A DNA stretch of 64,000 nucleotides, taken from an uncultured Actinomycetes bacterium (GTDB lineage Bacteria; Actinomycetota; Thermoleophilia; RBG-16-64-13). This document shows, piece after piece, positions 1 through 8,928 of the stretch. Within the stretch, counting starts at the first letter, position 1; each line of letters begins with the position of its first letter. A model generated the notes under the pieces. That model ran no database searches and was not told the DNA's origin. It saw nothing but the letters and a program-made list of their open reading frames with translations. The position numbers and the translations under genes are program-made. The DNA lies in assembly GCA_963706025.1 (NCBI GenBank), contig CAVPLM010000010.1:1-64000 (forward strand). Direction: 5' to 3'.

Positions 1-548
1 ATCCCCACGAGCATCAAGGGCTCGGTGGGCGGAGGAGAGTTCCGCATCAACACGATCGTTCCCGGGAGGATTTCGACCCGAACAGCTGGCGTCTGACCGT
101 GGATGGCCTGGTCAGAAAACCGCTCACGCTCACCTTCGCGGAGTTCACCGACCTCCCTCAGGTGGAACGCACGCGGGACTTCTATTGCGTCGAGGGCTGG
201 GGTGTGCCGGAGGTCAAGTGGAAGGGGGTCACCGTGCGCGAGTTGATGGAGCGCGCCGATATCGACCCGTTGGCCACCCACCTCGTCTTCGACTCCAATG
301 ACGGCGTGTACACCGAGTCGGTGACGCTCGAGGAAGCGCTACGTCCGGACACGCTCCTGGCCCACGAGATGAACGGGGCCCCTCTCGAGCCTGGCATGGG
401 ACAGCCGCTGCGCTTGGTCCTGCCCGGGAGTTACGCCTACAAGAACATCAAGTGGGTGGTGCGGATGGAAGCGGTCGCCCTGGGCCCCGAAGGATACAAG
501 GGCTATTGGGAGCAGCGTGGCTACCCGGCCGACGCCACCATCGGCTGA
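1..548 (+). CDS. Molybdopterin-dependent oxidoreductase, sulfite oxidase/MsrP-like catalytic domain (5'-partial, probable frameshift near 60-70)
   Basis: DFDPNSWRLTVDGLV, FYCVEGW, WKGV, PLRLVLPG.Y.YKNIKWV, GYWEQRGY motifs of the Oxidored_molyb family; upstream GEFRINT is in another frame. Confidence 0.85.
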   Translation, partial: PHEHQGLGGRRRVPHQHDRSREDFDPNSWRLTVDGLVRKPLTLTFAEFTDLPQVERTRDFYCVEGWGVPEVKWKGVTVRELMERADIDPLATHLVFDSNDGVYTESVTLEEALRPDTLLAHEMNGAPLEPGMGQPLRLVLPGSYAYKNIKWVVRMEAVALGPEGYKGYWEQRGYPADATIG

Positions 549-1272
549 GCCGTCACTACCGTTGTCACCATCGGCGGAGCCGCCACGGATCCCCCGTTGG
601 GTCCTGGCCGAACGTCTCGCGCACTGGCTCTACGCGCTGTTCTTCCTCATCGCCTTAGTCAGCGGGCTGCTCATGTGGATACCCGCCACTCGGAGCTGGC
701 TGGGCGGGGCGAGGGAGAGTGTCGCCTTGCGCCACGGGGTCACGGGTTTTGCCATGGTCCTCATACCGCTGGCTTTGATGCTGATCGCCGACCGGAGACG
801 TCTGGCGCATGATGTCCGCGAGATCGACATGTGGGATGCAAACGACCGCCGTTGGTTCTGGGCGGCGATAAAGGGCCGCACGCTGCGGGGCGGCGACATG
901 CCGCCCCAGGGCAGGCTCAATGCCGGCCAGAAGGCCAGCGCCCTGCTGGTGGCGGCTATGGCCCTGGGCTTCGCCGTCACCGGGAGCCTGCTGCTGGCGA
1001 AGGCCGGACTGCCGGCGTGGCTGGTGTCGCGCGCACTGTGGTTGCATGGCTTCCTCGCCATCGCCGGAGTGGCGCTGCTCGCGGGCCACCTGGCCCACGT
1101 CTTCCTGACCCGTCATGGCCGCGGCTACCTGAGCTCGATGATCAGGGGAGCACTTCCGGAAGAGATCGCCCGCGAGCGCCACCGCACCTGGTGGGAGAAG
1201 CACCAGGCAGGGGACAACCCACCGGCAGGGGGTCGCCCACCGGCAGGGGGTCGCCCACCGGCCGGTTCGTGA
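517..1272 (+). CDS. Cytochrome b (FdnI/Ni-hydrogenase b-type-like) membrane subunit
   Basis: ERLAHW, RHG, PPQGRLNAGQK, LHG..HLAH heme-ligand pattern, 4 TM segments, ARERH..WW end. Confidence 0.85.
   Translation: MATRPTPPSAEPSLPLSPSAEPPRIPRWVLAERLAHWLYALFFLIALVSGLLMWIPATRSWLGGARESVALRHGVTGFAMVLIPLALMLIADRRRLAHDVREIDMWDANDRRWFWAAIKGRTLRGGDMPPQGRLNAGQKASALLVAAMALGFAVTGSLLLAKAGLPAWLVSRALWLHGFLAIAGVALLAGHLAHVFLTRHGRGYLSSMIRGALPEEIARERHRTWWEKHQAGDNPPAGGRPPAGGRPPAGS
1218..1262 (+). repeat. 18-bp tandem repeat (cccaccggcagggggtcg x2.5) encoding PPAGGR repeats
   Basis: Directly visible at the cytochrome b C-terminus. Confidence 0.85.
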
Positions 1273-1318
1273 TGTAGTAACCTACCCCTTCCTGAACCTC
1301 AGCGAAGGGACGTATCCG

Positions 1319-1792
1319 ATGCAAGTCACCCGCGGCAGCGTCGTGAGTTTCAACTACACGCTCACCGATGACGAAGGGAACATCCTCGACTCCAGCGAGA
1401 ACTGCGATCCTCTTGCGTATCTGCATGGCTACGACAACATCATCCCCGGTCTCGAGGGCGCCCTCGAGGGCGCCGCGGCCGGGCATAGGTCCCAGGTGGT
1501 GGTGGAGGCGGCCGATGCGTATGGCGAGGTCGACGAGGAGGCCATCTTCGAAGTCGCAAGAGACCAGTTCCCCGAGGGCGTGCCGGTGGAGCCGGGAATG
1601 CAGTTCCTGGGGGAGACCCCAAGCGGCGACGCGCCCTTCAAGGTGGTGGCCGTGAACGAGACCGCGGTCATGGTGGACGCCAATCATCCCCTGGCCGGAA
1701 AGAGGCTGCATTTTGACGTGGAGATAGTGGACGTGCGGCCCGCCTCCGACGAGGAATTGGAGCTCGGTTATCCACAGTCGGACGAGGAGTGA
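1319..1792 (+). CDS. slyD: FKBP-type peptidyl-prolyl isomerase, SlyD-like (no His-rich tail)
   Basis: PLAYLHG..NIIPGLE.AL, DANHPLAGK.LHFDVEI..VR.A..EEL motifs. Confidence 0.9.
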   Translation: MQVTRGSVVSFNYTLTDDEGNILDSSENCDPLAYLHGYDNIIPGLEGALEGAAAGHRSQVVVEAADAYGEVDEEAIFEVARDQFPEGVPVEPGMQFLGETPSGDAPFKVVAVNETAVMVDANHPLAGKRLHFDVEIVDVRPASDEELELGYPQSDEE

Positions 1793-1802
1793 GGCTGAGC
1801 CG

Positions 1803-2276
1803 ATGGGCGAAGTGGTTCATACATCACGGATAACCATCACCCGGGAGAACGGTCCGACCCGCAAGGCCGTCATCGAGGGCTTCTGCGAGCCCATCTACTA
1901 CGGGGTGCACGGAGGGATCAAGAAGTTCTACCGAGTGGATCCCGAAGTGGAGCATGCCGCCACGCTGGATCACATCGTGGGGGCGGTCGGTGGCTGAATG
2001 ATGGGGACACTGGCCACGGCGCTGGCCAGCCGCAAGATCCCTACGCACACCGACCGCTACGAGGCGAATGTGGAGGGCGACATCGAAGACGTCGATGGGG
2101 TGCTGCGCATCTCCCGGATCCGGGTCGCCTACAAGCTCAAGGTGCCGGCGGGCAAAGCGGAGGAAGCGCGTGAGGCGTTCTCCGGCTACATCGAAGGCTG
2201 CCCGGCCGCCATGAGCGTGTGCGGATGCATCGATATCAGCGATACTCTGGAGATAACCGAGCTCGAGGGCAGGTAG
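1803..2276 (+). CDS. OsmC-family protein, probable selenoprotein (TGA 1995-1997 = Sec)
   Basis: ORFs 1803-1997 and 1998-2276 are in frame; TGA falls at the OsmC catalytic Cys position (GAVGG-U-MMGT); second Cys in GCPAAMSV; SECIS-like hairpin follows. Confidence 0.85.
2003..2041 (+). promoter_or_regulatory. Bacterial SECIS-like stem-loop
   Basis: ctggcca(2010-2016)-cggcgc loop-tggccag(2023-2029) perfect 7-bp stem starting 12 nt after the UGA, G-containing loop; possible lower stem ggga/tccc. Confidence 0.7.
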
Positions 2277-2310
2277 GGGCGTTTTCGCGGCGGCGGTTCT
2301 CGGGAGGTGC

Positions 2311-3996
2311 GTGATGAGGTCTCGACGGAATGCACTGCTGTGCTTCTCGGTGTGCTCCTTGCTCGCCGGCGGGCTTCTCTCGGCCGGCTGTGGATCCGGC
2401 CTGGAGAGAGTGCAACTGGAGAGCGGCCCCATCACCGGCGCGCCAGAAGAGGTGCAGGGAGCGGAGATCTCGAGCTTCAAGGGCATCCCTTACGCGGCGC
2501 CTCCGGTGGGCGACCTGCGCTGGAAGCCGCCGCAGCCCGTGGCGTCCTGGACGGAGCCCCGGGCTTGTACCTCCTTTGGGCCCGCGTGCCCGCAACCGGC
2601 TCAGACGGAGATGTTCTATCTGGACGTGGGCGCCACCGACGAAGACTGTCTGTATCTGAACGTGTGGTCGCCGGCAGAGTCGGCCGACGAGCGGCTGCCG
2701 GTGATGGTGTGGATCCACGGGGGCAGCTTTGAAACTGGATCGGGATCGATGGAGGTCTACGGGGGGCAGAACCTGGCTGCCATGGGAGTGGTGGTGGTCA
2801 CCATCAACTACCGGTTGGGGCCGCTCGGGTTCCTGGCCCACCCTGCTCTATCGGCCGAATCGGCCCAGGGGGTGTCGGGCAACTACGGCCTGCTCGACCA
2901 GATCGCGGCCCTGCAGTGGGTGAGGAATAACATCGCCGGCTTCGGCGGCGACCCGGCCAACGTGACGGTCTTCGGCGAATCGGCCGGTGCCATCAGCATC
3001 CTGGACCTGCTGGTGAGCCCGCTGGCTGAAGGGCTCTTCGACCGGGCCATCGCTCAGAGCGGCATCCTGCTCGACTACGGATTCGGGGTGTCTACCACAG
3101 GGACGCTCGAGGGCGCGGAGGGGGCGGGCGAGGCTTTCGCCGAGGGGCTCGGCATCGAAGGGTCGGACGCGGTCACAGGTGACGTGGCCGCGCAGATGCG
3201 GGCCAAGACCCCGGACGAACTGCTGGCCGCGGCGGCGTCGGTCGGGGAGGACTCCAGCCTCATGGAGCAGGGCCTTGTCTGGAAGCCCGTGGCCGATGGC
3301 TATCTACTGCCGGACCTACCGACAACGCTCTGGACCGCGGGCAAACAGCACGGCGTCCCGTTGCTGATCGGTTCCAACGCCGACGAAGGCAATGCGTTCA
3401 CGGCCGGACTCACCGTCTCTCCAGCCGAGTACGAGGCGCAGATGCGGCAGATCTTTGGAGACTACGCGGACGAGGCGCTCGCGCTCTACCCCGTCGAAAG
3501 CCCGGAGGACATCACTCCCATGTTCAGCCGCATGCTTACCGAGGTCGGCTTCGCTTCTACGGCTCGTTTTGCGGCCCGAGCCATGAGCGCGCTCGGGGCC
3601 GGGGTGACCGCGCCGGCTGGGTCGACCGGCGAGGCGAGCTCACAGACGGCTCCGGCGTACCTGTATCAGTTCACCAGGGTCCCGCTCGGCAACGCCTTGG
3701 GAGCCTTCCACGGGGTGGAGATCCCTTACGTGTTCGGGAACGCCGGCCTGTTTACGGGACTGGGGGAGATCGAGCAGATCGACTTCGATCTGTCGGAAGC
3801 GATCATGGGCTACTGGACCCGATTCGCGGCGACGGGCGATCCCAACGGCGAGGGCGCGGTCCCCTGGCCCGCGTACGACGAGCGGTCCGATGAACACCTC
3901 GAACTCGGCGACACGGTACTGCAGGGCATCCTTCTGTACAAGGAGGCCTGCGACCTGGCCGACCAGGTGAGAGGGGTCGACCGGGCAGTGGAATAG
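2311..3996 (+). CDS. Type-B carboxylesterase lipoprotein (PnbA-like)
   Basis: Lipobox LSAGC; FKGIPYAAPPVG, EDCLYLNVW, WIHGG, GESAG nucleophile, AFHGVE. Confidence 0.92.
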   Translation: MMRSRRNALLCFSVCSLLAGGLLSAGCGSGLERVQLESGPITGAPEEVQGAEISSFKGIPYAAPPVGDLRWKPPQPVASWTEPRACTSFGPACPQPAQTEMFYLDVGATDEDCLYLNVWSPAESADERLPVMVWIHGGSFETGSGSMEVYGGQNLAAMGVVVVTINYRLGPLGFLAHPALSAESAQGVSGNYGLLDQIAALQWVRNNIAGFGGDPANVTVFGESAGAISILDLLVSPLAEGLFDRAIAQSGILLDYGFGVSTTGTLEGAEGAGEAFAEGLGIEGSDAVTGDVAAQMRAKTPDELLAAAASVGEDSSLMEQGLVWKPVADGYLLPDLPTTLWTAGKQHGVPLLIGSNADEGNAFTAGLTVSPAEYEAQMRQIFGDYADEALALYPVESPEDITPMFSRMLTEVGFASTARFAARAMSALGAGVTAPAGSTGEASSQTAPAYLYQFTRVPLGNALGAFHGVEIPYVFGNAGLFTGLGEIEQIDFDLSEAIMGYWTRFAATGDPNGEGAVPWPAYDERSDEHLELGDTVLQGILLYKEACDLADQVRGVDRAVE

Positions 3997-4053
3997 CGGG
4001 AAGGGTACCGTTAGGACCGCGACGCCCCCTGGGACCACTCTTTCATGAGATCT

Positions 4054-4908
4054 CTACAGCCTCTTCCCGCATACCACGCAGTAGGCCGAATCGGGTGTGA
4101 CCGCCGACCCACATTGAGAACAGAAGCCGGGGGGAGACGGAGGTAGTTCGACGGGCGAAGTCGCCCCTCCGGTAGATTCGGAAAGTGAGAAGGGCGGATA
4201 CCGGTCGGTGATCAGTAGTACCGCGTAAGCTTCGACACGAAGCGTCCAGCGGTTCACGCCCACCACGTAGTCGAACAAACCGCGGGGATACCTGCCGGTG
4301 AAGAGAATTGCGAACCAAGCGATAACCACGCAAAAGGCCGCTCCAATCCACAAGAACGCCAGGACGAACCAGTGGGGGATGGCCAGGAACCACTTCACTA
4401 TCGGCAGCCCGCGACTGAGCCGACTGGCGTCGGGATAGGCGAAATCCAGGTGAACGGCCTGTTCCTCATCGGTGGAGGGATACTCGTCACGGAGCAGCGT
4501 GGCGTACGCCGCCACGCGCATGAGAAAACGCGAGAGGTTCAGGTTCCAGTCGAACCACCAGCGCGGGTATTTCTTGCGAAAAAGGATCATGAGCAGGAGG
4601 GGAAGGAAGAGGATACCCACGGTCGTCCACGACCAGGAGTAGTCCGTGCCCTCGAGGCTGAGGTTTCCCGTACTGAGAAGGGCCGCGATTACGCCGATGG
4701 GAATGATCCAGATGAAGCGGAGCCCGGTGGTGAGCCGGTTCAATGGTCGGTCGGGGTAGTCCACGTTGAAGGTGAGAGGATATGGGGGCTCCGGGGAATA
4801 CGGTGGGGTCGGAGCAGGAGCCGGAGGCCCTGCAGCGGGGGGCGCAGTCTCGGCCGGAGTCGGAGAAGCGGCGGGGGTCGACGGGTATTGGCTTCCGGGT
4901 TCTTCCAC
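4054..4908 (-). CDS. DUF4389-type membrane protein with C-terminal zinc ribbon
   Basis: Two LNRLTT..R/YPRWWFD..RV.AY..LL.DEYP repeats; CSQC..CVVC; GTG start after GGAGG. Confidence 0.8.
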   Translation of the reverse strand: MEEPGSQYPSTPAASPTPAETAPPAAGPPAPAPTPPYSPEPPYPLTFNVDYPDRPLNRLTTGLRFIWIIPIGVIAALLSTGNLSLEGTDYSWSWTTVGILFLPLLLMILFRKKYPRWWFDWNLNLSRFLMRVAAYATLLRDEYPSTDEEQAVHLDFAYPDASRLSRGLPIVKWFLAIPHWFVLAFLWIGAAFCVVIAWFAILFTGRYPRGLFDYVVGVNRWTLRVEAYAVLLITDRYPPFSLSESTGGATSPVELPPSPPGFCSQCGSAVTPDSAYCVVCGKRL

Positions 4909-5226
4909 GATCCACCTCCATCGGGCAGGACGGGACATCGATGGTTTGATTACCAGAACTCCACCATAGCAAACCCCATGAACTGGTCGAAGAGCGGCGT
5001 GACCGCGCGGGAACTCCTTGAATGTGGCTTTGGCCTCCCCGATAATGAGCGGACGCGCGACAGAAGCCGGTGCCCGCTCCTCCGCGCCCAAGCCGTTGCT
5101 TTTCTGGTGACCGACCCCAGGGCTGCGAAGCGCCTGGTCGCATGTGGGGGCATTCGGCCGTGAATGATGCTTAGAAGCAGCCCAAATACCGCGACGCATT
5201 CCTACCTGCGGTCATATCTGGCGGGT

Positions 5227-5994
5227 ATGCGTGCCAGCGTCTGGCCGGTTTGGAAGCTGCGTTCCGGGCGCGTGTGGGAAGTCGATGCCTGGCGAGGCAT
5301 AGCCATCTGCATGATGGTGGTCTACCACCTGATGTGGGATCTGCGGAGCTTGGGCGGATACGATATCGCCGTCCGCTCCGGCTTCTGGAGCTACTGGCAG
5401 GTCGCCACCGCCGGATTGTTCACCATCCTGGTGGGGGTCTCCCTGACGCTCAGCTATCAGCGGGAGCGCGAGGTCCGTCCGACCGGCAGCCTATGGAGCA
5501 AGTACGTCATCAGGGGTCTGACCATCTTCACCTGGGGTCTGCTGGTAGGAGTGGCGACCTTCGTGGCTTATGGCCCCGATCGGTACGTACGATTCGGCAT
5601 CCTCCATCTCATCGGTATCTCGATCATTCTTGCGTACCCACTGCTCCGTTTCCGCTGGCTCAATCTCGCTTTGGGCGTGATCATCATCGGCCTGGGCCCG
5701 GTGATGCGGGCCTGGAGACCGGACTTCCCGTGGCTGGAGTGGTTGGCTCCGACCCCAGGTAGCGGGGTGGACTACGCTCCTCTGGTCCCCATGTTCGGCC
5801 GGGTGTTGATCGGGGTCTTTCTCGGCAATATGCTCTACCCGCGCGGAGTCCGGCGCTACAAGCCTGTGGACCTTGCGGACAAACGCTCGGTGAAGGCGCT
5901 CAGGCGGATGGGCCAGAACTCGCTGCTGATCTACCTGGCTCACCAGCCCATTCTCCTTGGGATCCTGCTGCTGCTGGGAGTCATAGACTGGTAG
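5227..5994 (+). CDS. DUF1624 / heparan-alpha-glucosaminide N-acetyltransferase-domain membrane protein
   Basis: EVD..RGIAI..MV.YH..WDL, FGILHLIG, DY.PL.P, GQNSL.IYL.HQP. Confidence 0.85.
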   Translation: MRASVWPVWKLRSGRVWEVDAWRGIAICMMVVYHLMWDLRSLGGYDIAVRSGFWSYWQVATAGLFTILVGVSLTLSYQREREVRPTGSLWSKYVIRGLTIFTWGLLVGVATFVAYGPDRYVRFGILHLIGISIILAYPLLRFRWLNLALGVIIIGLGPVMRAWRPDFPWLEWLAPTPGSGVDYAPLVPMFGRVLIGVFLGNMLYPRGVRRYKPVDLADKRSVKALRRMGQNSLLIYLAHQPILLGILLLLGVIDW

Positions 5995-6002
5995 GTCTTC
6001 CC

Positions 6003-7027
6003 GTGACCATGATCGACGCGATAGAAAAGGGGTTCCGTGAGGCCGGGTTCGGCCACCGGGTGGTGGGTGTCGAGGTAGTTGAGAACCTGAACGAGACTTT
6101 CGCGATGCTGCTGGAGCGGGGGCTCCTTTCCGAAAGCCTCTACAAGGAGTACGCCGACAGTCTCCGATTCGAACCGCCTCCACGAGTGCCGGCGGTGCGC
6201 TCGCTGGTGGTCGCCGCCACCCCCTCGCCGCCGGTGAAGGTGCGGTTCCATTTGGCGGACGGGCCGCTGGAGGCGGTGATCCCCCCCACCTACATCTCCT
6301 CGGCCTCTCGCGCTCGGTGCCTGCGATTGCTGGAAGAGGTCCTTGGTCCCGCAGGGTTTCTCGGTGGCCCGGGTGCCGGTGCCGGTGAAGTTGCTCGCCG
6401 TCCGGACCGGATTGGCCGAGTACGGGCGCAACAACATCGCCTACGTGCAGAGCGCTCGGCAGCTTCGCCAGACTGGACGCGTTCGCCACCGATGCCGATC
6501 TTGTCCCCCCGGGAGAGCCGCGGGCCGGGCTCTCGTCCTTCCTGGTGGGGGGGCGCGAACCGGCGTCCGGTCACTGGAGCCCTCCCCGGCGCATGGGCAG
6601 TTGTGGAGCCTGCCATGCCTGTTACCATGCCTGTCCCACCGGCTGCATCCCCTTCCCCGAGGAGGGGGTGGTGATCGCGGCCGAGCGCTGCCTCACCTAT
6701 CTGAACGAGCACGAGGGCGATTGGCCGGATTGGCTGGACCCCACGGCCCACAATTGCCTGGTCGGCTGCATGCGCTGCCAGCTGGTCTGTCCCGCCAACA
6801 AGTACTATCTGAGGCGGGAAGAGGTGGTGGAGGAATTCGACCTCGACGAGACGGAGATCGTTCTCCAGGACCTCCCGGCGGAAGAGCTTCCCGGCTCGGT
6901 ACTGTCCAAGCTCTCGCGGCTCGACCTGGACGAATACTCCACGGTTTTGGGACGCAATCTGCGGGCGCTCGTGGGAGTAGTGAGGGAGGATAGAGGGAGT
7001 GTTATAGTGTGTTATGAGTGTGATTGA
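6003..7027 (+). CDS. Epoxyqueuosine reductase-like 4Fe-4S double-cluster protein (frameshifts near 6360 and 6460)
   Basis: PVKLLAVRTGLAEYGRNN, CGACHAC...CPTG, AERCLT, GCMRCQLVCP.N spread over three frames. Confidence 0.75.
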
Positions 7028-7245
7028 AGGATAGATGGATTGTTATGTTTAGTGTGGAATGAGGTGGTAAGACTATTGAAAGAGTTCTAAGGCGCCGCGG
7101 CTCGTGGCCGCCGGCCGAGGCGGGCGCCGGCGCGGCCTCGGCCAAGGGGCACTGGCTGCCCCCGCGGCATCGGGTCGGCCGCCCTCTGCTCGCGCGACGC
7201 GGTCAGGGCGAGAGGATTCACCCCCGACTGGGCGAACTGTCAACC

Positions 7246-8928
7246 ATGTTGACAGAGCAGGCTTTCTCCCCGGGGCACAGAGCGGTGAGCGCGGTTTGTG
7301 CGCAGCTTCACCGTGCCTATCACGACATCCGCTTCTATCCGCCTGGACACCCCACGGTCCGGCAGACTCTGGACTCGCTCGCGGGGATGCTCATTTCTTA
7401 TGTGGACGAGCGCGGCACCCTGTTCCTCGAGGTCGCAGAGGAGCAGTTGCTCCATGAGGGCGAGCGGGTGTACTCCTACGAGGCCAGCCGCGACAACCTC
7501 GCCTTCCTCATGTTCCGGGACGGTGTGCGCTCCCTGTCGCTACATCCAGGGCTGGAAGAGGGGGAGATCGAGGCGCTGACCCTCTGCCTCGCCCACGCGG
7601 ACGATCTGACGGACGCCGAGCACGATCTGGTGACGAGATTCTGGGAGCAGGATTTCGTCCATATCGACTACCATGTGGCCGACCCGTTTCTTGGAGGGGA
7701 GGTATTGCGCGAGGGGACGATCGACGCACTCAGGGAGACGGTGCTCCGCCGGCTGGATGAAGTGGCCTTGCCCGACAAGCTCGAGACCGGCGTGCGACCA
7801 GGCGATCTCAGGGTGGTCGAGCCGGCGGAGATCGACGTGCAGAGCCTTGGCCTCAGCGCGCAGGAGATCGAACAGAGCGAGCAGGCCGTCGAAGACCCGT
7901 CGAACCTCGTCGATGACTTCCTCGTGGTGCTGCTCGAGATAGCCGGGAGATCCTCAGGGGCCTACGATGAGAACGACCCGTTGACCCGCGCTCTGGTCAC
8001 CGTAGTCGATTCCTATATCGACAACCGGAACCTCGAAGGGCTCGAGCTGATCCTCGAGCAACTGCAGCGACTGGAGGCGCAGGGACGCTGTCCTGCCGGC
8101 TTCCCGGGTCTGGTGATGGGCCGGGCGGTCACGGCACAGAGGGTGAGTAGCCTCCTGGCCGGAACCGGCCAGGAGGCGCCCGAGCAGGTCGCCCGAATCG
8201 ATCGCTTTGTGGCCACCGCTCGTCCCTGGATAATCCCGGCCCTTCTCGAGGCACTGGCTGTTACCGAGGACCGGGCTGTGCGAAAAACTCTACTCGTGGT
8301 ACTCGACACCGGGGGAGGGGTATCGGGGTCCCATCTGACTCCACTTCTCGAGGACACGCGCTGGTACGTGGTGCGGAACGCCGTCCAGTTGGCGGCGGGC
8401 ATGCGTGACCCGGAGCTGGTACGGCCTCTGGAGCGATTGCGGCGTCACCCGGATGTGCGGGTGAGGCGAGAGGTCATGCGCACCCTGGATACCTTCGGAG
8501 GGGAGCCCGCGCTACAAGTGCTGACCCAAGCCGTGACCGACGAGGACTCGTCGGTACGCACGCTGGCGGCAAGGAGTCTGGGTCGCCACGGCAGGCGGCA
8601 ACACGAGGCCATCGTGCTGGCCCAGATCGAGGCACGCGACTTCGACAGCCGGCCCCCGGACGAGATCGAGGCCTTCTTGATCGCCCTCGCCGATCTGGCA
8701 AAGGAACGGGCGGTGCCGGTCCTGGACAGGCTTTGGAGGCGCAAACGCTTCATCGCTCGGCCGACCCCCGTGCGTATCGCCGCCCTCAAGGCCTTGGGAA
8801 CGATCCCTGGACCTTCCGCCCGGGCGGCGCTGTTGGAGGCGGCGAAATCAGGAGAGGCGCAGATCAAGAAGACCGCTTCGCGAGTCCTCCAGGAGGCGCA
8901 GTACTCCGGTTGGGGGAGGCAGCCATGA
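7246..8928 (+). CDS. HEAT-repeat protein
   Basis: YPPGHP N-terminus; LED.RWYVVRNA, HPD.RVRRE, DED.SVR..AA..LG HEAT-like repeats. Confidence 0.8.
   Translation: MLTEQAFSPGHRAVSAVCAQLHRAYHDIRFYPPGHPTVRQTLDSLAGMLISYVDERGTLFLEVAEEQLLHEGERVYSYEASRDNLAFLMFRDGVRSLSLHPGLEEGEIEALTLCLAHADDLTDAEHDLVTRFWEQDFVHIDYHVADPFLGGEVLREGTIDALRETVLRRLDEVALPDKLETGVRPGDLRVVEPAEIDVQSLGLSAQEIEQSEQAVEDPSNLVDDFLVVLLEIAGRSSGAYDENDPLTRALVTVVDSYIDNRNLEGLELILEQLQRLEAQGRCPAGFPGLVMGRAVTAQRVSSLLAGTGQEAPEQVARIDRFVATARPWIIPALLEALAVTEDRAVRKTLLVVLDTGGGVSGSHLTPLLEDTRWYVVRNAVQLAAGMRDPELVRPLERLRRHPDVRVRREVMRTLDTFGGEPALQVLTQAVTDEDSSVRTLAARSLGRHGRRQHEAIVLAQIEARDFDSRPPDEIEAFLIALADLAKERAVPVLDRLWRRKRFIARPTPVRIAALKALGTIPGPSARAALLEAAKSGEAQIKKTASRVLQEAQYSGWGRQP

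Noticed and set aside
1768-1776. DnaA box TTATCCACA in slyD
   Set aside because: Single copy inside a coding sequence; no cluster or AT-rich unwinding element, so not oriC
7090-7215. GC-rich intergenic hairpins (also about 19670-19815, 39130-39250, 41376-41440) as a REP family or riboswitches
   Set aside because: No shared primary sequence or recognisable aptamer motif could be established by eye
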